Shown here: in pieces, positions 9,413 through 17,062 of the stretch | Numbering within the stretch: the stretch's first letter is position 1 | How the letters are laid out: each line of letters begins with the position of its first letter | DNA from: Candidatus Helarchaeota archaeon | GTDB taxonomy: Archaea > Asgardarchaeota > Lokiarchaeia > Helarchaeales > RDOG01 | Assembly: GCA_029838215.1 (NCBI GenBank) | Contig: JALGVI010000038.1 | Location: 1 to 30,024 of the forward strand | Direction of reading: 5' to 3' | Length of the DNA: 30,024 nucleotides | Program-made: the position numbers and the translations under genes | The notes under the pieces: model-generated | Database searches by the model: none | Told to the model about the DNA's origin: nothing | What the model saw: only the letters and a program-made list of their open reading frames with translations

Positions 9413-10147
9413 TTAATGAATATCGGAATGAAATGAGGAACTCATTTGCCATTCTTCATCATCTTCTCCGATAAAATCTGTTGTGACGCAATTATTTTTA
9501 AGATATTTCTTGAGGAAGCGTGTCGATTCCTTGTATTCGAGCTCGATCTGAGAATGAGGTCTAAATTCAATTGCAGATGTTCCCGAAAACAATTCATTAA
9601 ACTTCTCGACGCTTCTGACAACGCTGGATTCGGGCATTCTAACGATTCCGAACACGATGTAGGAAAAGAACTGCGTTCCATCAAGACTAAAATTTGCTAT
9701 ACGAAATAACTCAGATTGGGGGATGTTCTTGTTAAGCAACATGTTACGAATTTTAGGTTCGAATGAATCAAAACCAATAAACACGTTCAAGCGAGAAGGT
9801 TCCAAATTAGAAAATAAAGAACGGATTGAAATGCGGGTTATGAGTTCAGGACGGGTTTCGATTGAGAAGGATTTGTCTTTTACTAACGGCTTTAAATCTT
9901 GAATCGTTTTTTTTGGCAATTCAAAAAAAGATCCTCCATTAAAAACCTTGATTTCGGAAAGAGTGCTTAAATTTACTTTTGTACTTACATCGTTAATGAT
10001 TTTTTGATTGGTGTTGATGACTTTTTGACTATCAAAACTAGATTCTAACGAAAAATTACAATGATGGCAATTATTCCAACGACAGGGTGGTCCCATTAAA
10101 ATCAACAATAATTGGGTTCCATCTTTTTTCAGCCACCAGCCCAGCAT
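9413..10147 (-). CDS. Short RaSEA-like radical SAM protein (archaeosine pathway family)
   Basis: LLLILMGPPCRWNNCHHC (Cx4Cx2C), IKVFNGGSFFELP, IETRPELIT, IGFDS...IRNMLLNK. These follow the order of the RaSEA motifs (IILRTRGC.W...C.MC, KIFTSGSF, VESRPE, IGLET...INK). The ATG overlaps the upstream stop. Confidence 0.65.
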   Translation of the reverse strand: MLGWWLKKDGTQLLLILMGPPCRWNNCHHCNFSLESSFDSQKVINTNQKIINDVSTKVNLSTLSEIKVFNGGSFFELPKKTIQDLKPLVKDKSFSIETRPELITRISIRSLFSNLEPSRLNVFIGFDSFEPKIRNMLLNKNIPQSELFRIANFSLDGTQFFSYIVFGIVRMPESSVVRSVEKFNELFSGTSAIEFRPHSQIELEYKESTRFLKKYLKNNCVTTDFIGEDDEEWQMSSSFHSDIH

Positions 10148-10767
10148 TACAAAAACCGCTTCAAATTATCAGTTAAATGATTTAGATTTCGAGCAACGAT
10201 TAAATAAATATCGTGGTCATCATAGAAACCAAGTGAGATTTGTTCATATTCTTCTTGCGTGATTTCACGTTCAGGAAGGGAAAAATTTGGAATCAAAATC
10301 CCCAACTTTTCTTCAACCTGCTGAATGACCTTGTACGATTCGCTTTCATGCCGCAAATAACAACAAAATCTTGAATAATACTTACGTTTTGTTTCAAGAA
10401 ATTCAATTAATCGTCTTTCAAGAATTTCAATGTATGCTTGCTTGATAGTATCAGTTTCCAGATTTGGATCCCAGTCATAGCTAAAATAGGGATAATCATC
10501 AGTCAACTCGTAAGGTATCACGCCAGCATTGGTTAATACGATGAGTCCAAGCTTTGATAAAAAACCATTTTGAATTAGACTACGCAAGATAAAATAGTGA
10601 ATGTAGGATTGGCGATATGGTTTGCCCCATGAACACACGGTAAATAGGGCTACTTTTTCTTCTTCAGGAATGTATTCTTTAATGATTTTTTCGTGCGCAC
10701 GGTTAAAAATTTCGTTATCAGTGTAATCTTTCCCCACGCCTTTCAAGAAAAATAATGGTTCTGGCAT
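10147..10767 (-). CDS. Stand-alone ArcS catalytic-domain (DUF5591-like) protein lacking PUA domain
   Basis: ALFTVCSWGKPYRQS (ArcS LLPCS..KPYS.S), LIVLTNAGVIPYEL..YP...YD (ArcS IVTSPLGVVPRELE..YP...YD); only 206 aa. Confidence 0.7.
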   Translation of the reverse strand: MPEPLFFLKGVGKDYTDNEIFNRAHEKIIKEYIPEEEKVALFTVCSWGKPYRQSYIHYFILRSLIQNGFLSKLGLIVLTNAGVIPYELTDDYPYFSYDWDPNLETDTIKQAYIEILERRLIEFLETKRKYYSRFCCYLRHESESYKVIQQVEEKLGILIPNFSLPEREITQEEYEQISLGFYDDHDIYLIVARNLNHLTDNLKRFL

Positions 10768-10792
10768 TGAACATCAATTAAGTCAAGAATTT

Positions 10793-11200
10793 TTAGAGAT
10801 TTGGATATTTTAGTTTCAGAATTCGAATTGCTAAATACGCAGCATTTTGCCCATTATCAATACCAACCGTGGCGACAGGAACGCCTTTTGGCATTTGAAC
10901 TATTGAAAGCAAAGCATCCAGTCCACCCAATTTCGAACTCACGGGAACACCAATAACAGGTTTTGATACTTTTGAGGCAACAACACCTGGTAATGCTGCA
11001 GATAAACCTGCAATGGTAATGTAGACATCACTTGACGACTCTTGCAAATATTTGTCGAGTTCATCGGGATTCCGGTGAGCAGAAATGATCTTGCTTTCAT
11101 ATTTAATTTTATATTCATCTAACACTAGTGTCACTTTGTCTAATATGGGCTGATCGGTTTTAGAACCGATAATTATGGAAATAAATGGTTCTTCTGTCAT
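10793..11200 (-). CDS. purE: N5-carboxyaminoimidazole ribonucleotide mutase
   Basis: [65 protein letters not shown]. Start reassigned from 11269 to ATG 11200, which follows a GGTGG SD. Confidence 0.95.
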   Translation of the reverse strand: MTEEPFISIIIGSKTDQPILDKVTLVLDEYKIKYESKIISAHRNPDELDKYLQESSSDVYITIAGLSAALPGVVASKVSKPVIGVPVSSKLGGLDALLSIVQMPKGVPVATVGIDNGQNAAYLAIRILKLKYPNL

Positions 11201-11311
11201 GGCAATTCCACCTTTTGATTCCTTTTTTGATAAGAATAATATTAAAGTTCTTTTGATGTTTATATTCAAACAAAATCTTCAATTCCGACCAGTCAAGGTG
11301 TCCAAGTATCC

Positions 11312-12460
11312 ATGGGTAGTTTAGAAGAAAAAATTGCAGAATTAAAGGAACGGTTAAACAAGACGATACCTAATAAAGCAACGATGAAATCCATTTGTCA
11401 AATAAAGGCACAGATTGCTAAATTAGAGCGACGACGAATGGATCGCATGTTTGAGGGAATCGGAAAATCTTCCGGAACGGGAGGATTCGATCTAAAGAAA
11501 ACGGGTGATTCGAGCGTTGCATTAATTGGATTTCCTTCCGTTGGAAAAAGCACGCTACTGAATAAACTGACGAACGCAAGGAGCAAGATCGCTGCATATG
11601 AATTCACAACTCTTGAAGCAATCCCAGGATTGATGGAGTACAAGCACGCAAGAATAATGCTAATCGACTTACCAGGTATTATTAGAGGTGCTTCAGAAGG
11701 GAAGGGATTTGGCAAGCGTATTCTTTCCGTTGCGAAAACTGCTGATTTGATCTTGATAATGCTGGACATCTGGAATTTGCCTCACATGCAATACAGGATG
11801 ATCTTGAAAGAATTGCATGCGATTGGCATCCGTCTGGATCGCTTTCCACCCTTGATTTCAATTTCAAAACTAAAATCAGGGGGAATATCCTTGAATTCCA
11901 CGGTTCCCTTATCGCATTTGGACACAGACCTTGCTCGAAGCATAATGAAAGAATTTCGCATCATAAACGCCCAAATAATCGCTCATCAAGATATCACGGC
12001 AGATGACTTGATTGATCACTTGAGTGGAAATTGTGCATATATTCCTTCAATAATTATTTGTAATAAGATGGACATATCTACTCCTGAACAAGAGAAATTT
12101 CTTCAAGAATTGGAAGCAGAAGGGCGGCACATCATTCGGATATCTGCAGAAACAGGGATGAATCTCGATTTATTGAAAGAAGAAATTTTTCACAAGTTAG
12201 ATCTCATTAGAATTTATCTCAAACCAAAAGGAGCAAAAGCAGATTTAATTGAACCCCTAGTAGTTCCGCGTGATTCAAAAGTTCGTTATGTTGCTGAAAA
12301 ATTACATCGAGACTTTGTCGACCGATTCCGATATGCATTCGTTCAGCACGCAACAAAAAATGAGCATGACGTTTTTCCCATAGTAGAAAAGAGAAAATGG
12401 AAGGTTGGACTGGAACACGTTCTTCAAGATTATGACGTGTTGCAAATAAACATCAAGTAA
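11312..12460 (+). CDS. DRG/Rbg-family (Obg superfamily) GTPase with C-terminal TGS domain
   Basis: G1 GFPSVGKS, G2 YEFTT, G3 DLPG, G4 NKMD, G5 SAE; QIKAQIAKL N-terminal motif; LIRIYLKP...VGLEHVLQDYDV TGS domain. Confidence 0.95.
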   Translation: MGSLEEKIAELKERLNKTIPNKATMKSICQIKAQIAKLERRRMDRMFEGIGKSSGTGGFDLKKTGDSSVALIGFPSVGKSTLLNKLTNARSKIAAYEFTTLEAIPGLMEYKHARIMLIDLPGIIRGASEGKGFGKRILSVAKTADLILIMLDIWNLPHMQYRMILKELHAIGIRLDRFPPLISISKLKSGGISLNSTVPLSHLDTDLARSIMKEFRIINAQIIAHQDITADDLIDHLSGNCAYIPSIIICNKMDISTPEQEKFLQELEAEGRHIIRISAETGMNLDLLKEEIFHKLDLIRIYLKPKGAKADLIEPLVVPRDSKVRYVAEKLHRDFVDRFRYAFVQHATKNEHDVFPIVEKRKWKVGLEHVLQDYDVLQINIK

Positions 12461-12690
12461 CAAAGATTTTTTAAGCATTCGTGCATTTTATTCTAAAAAT
12501 CGTGAGTGCATTTAATTGATTCTATCATTTGATTGAAAATTTTTTAAATGGATTTTCCGGTTCAATATTTAACTTGAAAACTCTTAAGTAGTTAACCGCC
12601 AAATTTGGCTTTTCTTACTTGAAAGAATTTCCAGCAATTCAAAGCATTATTAATTCAAAGGCATAATGAATTCGAAGAAAGTGATAAGAA

Positions 12691-14166
12691 ATGAGTGAAG
12701 AAATATACGACATAACCGTCATTGGCGGAGGTCCCGGAGGCTACCACGCAGCACTTCGTGCATCTCAATTTGGTGCAAAAGTTGCTCTTATTGAACGTGA
12801 CAAATTGGGCGGCACGTGTTTAAACCGTGGTTGCATTCCTACTAAAGCTCTATATAGCTCAGCAAAACTGGCCGAAGAAATTCATGAAAAAGCGGCAGAT
12901 TTTGGAATCTCCGTTGGAGAAGTAAAACTCGATTTTGCCAAGGCAGTTGAGCGGAAAAACAAGGTTGTAAAAGAATTAGTCGAAGGAATCGAAGCGCTAG
13001 AGAAAAAAGCAAAGGTCGCCATTTTTAAAGGACATGGAAAAATTGTTGGCGGATCCATCGACAGCTATGAAGTTGAGATTTCGGGTGGAGATAACGCCAA
13101 GATAAAAACAAAAAGAATAATCATTGCTACGGGATCAAAACCAGCACTGATCCCTGCTTTTAACATAGATCATGACCGAATTTTAACCAGTGATGACATT
13201 CTTTCGCCAGATTTTAAAACGGTTCCCAATACTCTTCTGATCATCGGTGCTGGCGTCATTGGCTGCGAATTTGCAAATATCTTCCGGACTTTTGGAGCAA
13301 AGGTCATCATGCTAGAATATCTTCCCACGCCAATTGCAACGGAAGAACGACTCGTCATCAATGAACTAAAGAAAAAACTTGTCGGAATGGGAATTGAAAT
13401 TTACGTGAGCCAGAACGTGTTGAAAGTTGAGAATACAGGTTCTGGAGTCCGTGCAACATGTTGCTCCGCAGATGTTCCCAGGGATCAAGTTGATTCGGCT
13501 GAGAAAACAACTTATGATGCTGATATCTGTTTGGTTTCTATTGGACGAGCGAGAGTTTCGGACAATCTGGGTCTTGAGAGCGTTGGCATCGAATCAGATC
13601 GTGGACAAATCAAGTGCGATCCAAAGACTCTTGAAACAGCGGCTAAGGGTATTTATGCAATAGGAGACGTAACAGGAGGCATCATGCTCGCACACGTGGC
13701 AAGTTACGAAGGTGACGTTGCAGTCGAAAACGCACTCTCAAGTATTGGTGGTTTCGACACGCATCCACGAGAAACGGATTATAGCATCGTGCCGGCGACC
13801 ATCTTCACGAGTCCCGAAATCGGTTCTGTTGGATTACGAGAAAAAGTTGCCAAAGAACGTGGCAAGGTATTTGTTGGACGCTTTGCATATGCTAGCCTCG
13901 GTAAGGCGAAATGCATGGGTGAAGAAAAAGGATTCCTCATGGTCATCGGTGATGTTGAAACGGATAAGATCTTGGGCGCATCTTGTATTGGACATGAAGC
14001 ACCAGAGTTGATTGCTGAAATCGCAGCTGCAATGGCAGCAGGAATGACTTGCACGCAACTCGGACACGTCATTCATAGTCATCCAACGATCTCTGAAATG
14101 GTGCTTGAAGCAGTAGAAGATGTTCATGGAATGGCAATCCATAAAGCCGGACGAAAACGGCGCTAA
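12691..14166 (+). CDS. lpdA: Dihydrolipoamide dehydrogenase
   Basis: IGGGPGG, redox disulfide GGTCLNRGCIP, IIATGS, IGAGVIGCE, AIGDV, MLAHVA, HSHPTISE. Confidence 0.92.
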   Translation: MSEEIYDITVIGGGPGGYHAALRASQFGAKVALIERDKLGGTCLNRGCIPTKALYSSAKLAEEIHEKAADFGISVGEVKLDFAKAVERKNKVVKELVEGIEALEKKAKVAIFKGHGKIVGGSIDSYEVEISGGDNAKIKTKRIIIATGSKPALIPAFNIDHDRILTSDDILSPDFKTVPNTLLIIGAGVIGCEFANIFRTFGAKVIMLEYLPTPIATEERLVINELKKKLVGMGIEIYVSQNVLKVENTGSGVRATCCSADVPRDQVDSAEKTTYDADICLVSIGRARVSDNLGLESVGIESDRGQIKCDPKTLETAAKGIYAIGDVTGGIMLAHVASYEGDVAVENALSSIGGFDTHPRETDYSIVPATIFTSPEIGSVGLREKVAKERGKVFVGRFAYASLGKAKCMGEEKGFLMVIGDVETDKILGASCIGHEAPELIAEIAAAMAAGMTCTQLGHVIHSHPTISEMVLEAVEDVHGMAIHKAGRKRR

Positions 14167-14171
14167 TTCAC

Positions 14172-14189
14172 TTTTTTTCTCTATTTTTT
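14172..14189 (+). terminator. Oligo-T terminator
   Basis: T7-CTCTA-T6 directly after the lpdA stop. Confidence 0.5.
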
Positions 14190-14480
14190 GTTATCGTAGA
14201 CAAGTCAATACGAAACTTTTTCCTTGATTTACAGATCTTATTAAAAAGAATAATTTTTCTTGAAAAAATAATTGCCCGATCGTTTTCAAGGCAGGATCCA
14301 AACGAATTCTTCATGTTTTCTTGATCTTACCCAGCTTGAAAATTTTTGTTTTTTATTTCTTGATCAGTCCATTCTTAGGATAGAGATAATTTTTTATGAG
14401 GGGATTATTCAATATTTGTTAGATATCTGTTAAGTTGATACTAGGCATTAATTAAGTTTTTGAGTATGAAGTGATGAGAA

Positions 14481-14945
14481 TTGGATTATATTATTAAATT
14501 CAAATATCCAGCAGGGATGGCAAACAAAGATAAATCCAATTTTATTGACCAGAGAAAGAAATTTGACTTGATTAAAATTAAAAGAACGCAGTACATATTG
14601 GACAGAGAGGATTATTTACAGCCTTTAGAACAATTGGCGAGGAAATTTGGAGTCCAGATGGATGTTACGAATTATCCTGAACTACCGTCCAGTTTGAAAA
14701 AGGTCGTTGAAAAATATCTCGAAGAATCAGAAGTGAGTAAATCTGAAAAAGCAAGCAAAAAGAATTTCGCCACGGTTTGCAGGGCATTTCTTATTTTTTA
14801 TGACATGTATCTTGATTTGTATAAGAATCAAAGGCTTTCAAATTTTAATAAAAAAATTGATGAAATCTTAAACGAACCAGAGCTAAGACAACTTTTGACC
14901 AGCGCTCACTCAATTGCAACCAAAATGAATTCGGAAGTAAATTAA
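14481..14945 (+). CDS. Hypothetical protein, possible N-terminal ferredoxin-like (Cas2/VapD/PaaX-type) fold
   Basis: 154-aa ORF with TTG start, 1 nt before the next gene; beta-alpha-beta-beta-alpha-beta hydrophobic pattern in residues ~2-62 (judged by eye). Confidence 0.6.
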   Translation: MDYIIKFKYPAGMANKDKSNFIDQRKKFDLIKIKRTQYILDREDYLQPLEQLARKFGVQMDVTNYPELPSSLKKVVEKYLEESEVSKSEKASKKNFATVCRAFLIFYDMYLDLYKNQRLSNFNKKIDEILNEPELRQLLTSAHSIATKMNSEVN

Positions 14946-14946
14946 A

Positions 14947-15669
14947 ATGGATGAATTCGAGCGGATTCGAGAAGAACGACTACAGAAACAAAAGGAATTA
15001 AAGGAGAAACGAGCAGAACAAAAACGTCGCCGTCAAAAAGAAGATAATAAAAAAACAAAATTCAAGTCCCAACAACTAATTTCTGAAACAGAAGAATTAC
15101 TCAGAGAACAAAAGATCCAAACAGAGTTATTAAAACAACTCATAGGGCTCCTTCAAGACAAAAACATGGTAAGGCATGCTGAAATTAAAGAAGTCTCGGA
15201 TTCTAATGAAATAGAAATGCTAATAACTCGTTATATAAAAGGCGAATTACCTCACGACACCCTTCCGCCTAATAAAACACATCGTACTTATCGAGATGAT
15301 GAATTTGTCGAGCGTCTTCAGCATGAATGGAACATCTTAATTAATAAGGCGAATGCAAGGGCAACGAGAAAAAAAATGGTGCAAGATGGGGAATTGGTAC
15401 CGATAGGTTATCTTAGATACGTGTTACCAAAATTCATCAATGAACATGAGCAAAAATTTTCACAAAAAGATGCAAGTATCATTCAATGGTTGAAAAAACA
15501 TTCTCAGTTCTCGAGCTCAGAATTTAAAAAGGAATTTTATCCCAATTCTCCTCGGGGGGTCGTCTCCGCAAAAATTCATTCATTAATGAGCAAGGGTTGG
15601 ATCGCGCGTGTTCGGCGCGCCCATTATGAAACAACCAAAGCAATTCCCGATCCGCAGCTGAATGATTGA
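14947..15669 (+). CDS. Hypothetical protein with N-terminal charged coiled coil and C-terminal winged helix-turn-helix
   Basis: E/K/R/Q-rich N-terminus; C-terminal IIQWLKKHSQFSSSEFKKEF...VSAKIHSLMSKGWIARVRRAHYE matches a wHTH pattern. Confidence 0.65.
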   Translation: MDEFERIREERLQKQKELKEKRAEQKRRRQKEDNKKTKFKSQQLISETEELLREQKIQTELLKQLIGLLQDKNMVRHAEIKEVSDSNEIEMLITRYIKGELPHDTLPPNKTHRTYRDDEFVERLQHEWNILINKANARATRKKMVQDGELVPIGYLRYVLPKFINEHEQKFSQKDASIIQWLKKHSQFSSSEFKKEFYPNSPRGVVSAKIHSLMSKGWIARVRRAHYETTKAIPDPQLND

Positions 15670-15752
15670 CAGGCATTACTTGATGTTTTTGAATGATTTT
15701 ACTCCAGCTCTCACAATAACTTTTTATGAAAAAATAGGATCTGTTATTAAGA

Positions 15753-17060
15753 ATGGAATTTGATATTGTTATTATTGGTGGTGGCATTGCTGGGTGTTAT
15801 GCCGCAATTGACCTTGCGAAGTTAGGTAATACGGTAGCCCTGATTGAGAAAAAGCCATTCGTGGGAGGGATGACGAATCAGATTGGACAGGCATATCCAA
15901 CAAATGATTGCGCTTCATGTTTAAGTCCAACGGCATTTCATTTTCAGGAAGAGGGTTTTCGTAAGTGTTTTCCATTAATGAATTTTGAGCCATTTCAAAA
16001 TGTGGATCTTTTTACTCTCGCAGAAGTGAAAGATATTCAAAAGATCAATTCAAGATTTCAAATTACGTGGGATGTAAAACCTCGTCATGTTAATGAGAAT
16101 TGTAATAATTGTAAGGACTGTGAACGTGCCTGTCCACGTGAAGTCGAAGATGAATTTAATTGTAAAATGACAAAGCGAAAATTAATTTATTTACCTCATC
16201 CAAATGCAATCCCTCCTGAACACGTGGTTGACAGGGAGAAATGCGGAGATTGTGAGGGATATTGCGCAGATGCCTGTCCCCAAAAGGCAATTGATCTAGA
16301 TGAAAAAACAAAATCAATTAAGGCCACGGCAAAAAGCATTATTATAGCCACGGGATTTTCAGAAGCCAAACCTAAAATTTTAAAATCATTTGGATTTGGT
16401 CAACACGAAAATGTCTTGACGCAATTAATGCTCGCAAGATTCCTTGATCCTTGGGGTCCATCACGAGGAAAACTACAATTTCTCGAAACACGTCATCCTG
16501 TCAATTCAGTTTTAATGAGTTTTTGTACGGGCTCGCGTGACCGACGATATTATGACTATTGCTCCAAAATTTGTTGCGCTTATGGTTTAAAGCATGCATT
16601 GATATTACGCGATCAAGGAATTGACGTCACCATTTGTTACATGGATTTACGATTAGAAGGATTGGCATCTACATATTACGAGCAAGCAAGAGAAAAAAAT
16701 ATTAATTTTATACGAGGGAAAGTGGCTTCAATTGAACGCGATCCCAAAACTCATGAATTGTGCGTTCACGTGGAGGATACCTTTCGATCTGAAGTTATCT
16801 CCTTTTTCGTCGATGCAGTAGTTTTAACTCCACCTTTAATTCCTGCTGAAAAAACAGGATGGCTGGCTTCAAAGTTAGAAATTCTTATTGATGAAAATGG
16901 ATATTTTGATCCCCCTCAATTAAGAACCACGCCTGTAGAAACTTTGAATCCAGGAGTATTCGTAATTGGTTGTGCTCAGGCACCCATGGATTTGGCACAA
17001 GTAAGCATCCAAGTGAACGCGGCGGTACTAAAAATCCAACAATATTTGGAGGAGATCTAA
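15753..17060 (+). CDS. HdrA-family flavoprotein with QmoA-like architecture (FAD domain + inserted ferredoxin; no N-terminal HdrA domain, no C-terminal ferredoxin)
   Basis: IIGGGIAG at the very N-terminus; EKKPFVGG; YPTNDCASC; CNNCKDCERACP and CGDCEGYCADACP; IIIATG; FCTGSRD...YCSKICC; YMDLR; GCAQAPMD. It ends where QmoA ends. Confidence 0.85.
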   Translation: MEFDIVIIGGGIAGCYAAIDLAKLGNTVALIEKKPFVGGMTNQIGQAYPTNDCASCLSPTAFHFQEEGFRKCFPLMNFEPFQNVDLFTLAEVKDIQKINSRFQITWDVKPRHVNENCNNCKDCERACPREVEDEFNCKMTKRKLIYLPHPNAIPPEHVVDREKCGDCEGYCADACPQKAIDLDEKTKSIKATAKSIIIATGFSEAKPKILKSFGFGQHENVLTQLMLARFLDPWGPSRGKLQFLETRHPVNSVLMSFCTGSRDRRYYDYCSKICCAYGLKHALILRDQGIDVTICYMDLRLEGLASTYYEQAREKNINFIRGKVASIERDPKTHELCVHVEDTFRSEVISFFVDAVVLTPPLIPAEKTGWLASKLEILIDENGYFDPPQLRTTPVETLNPGVFVIGCAQAPMDLAQVSIQVNAAVLKIQQYLEEI

Positions 17061-17062
17061 CC

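Noticed and set aside
13459-13464. Reassigning lpdA as mercuric reductase because of a Cys-Cys pair
   Set aside because: The pair is internal rather than C-terminal, and the HPTxSE motif of lipoamide dehydrogenase is intact.
14481-14945. CRISPR-Cas locus suggested by the Cas2-like pattern
   Set aside because: No repeat-spacer array and no cas1 or effector genes were seen anywhere in the window.
16970-17062. ORF-track N-terminal extension of the QmoB-like gene
   Set aside because: It overlaps the upstream gene by ~90 nt, and homology to HdrA starts only at about 17063.
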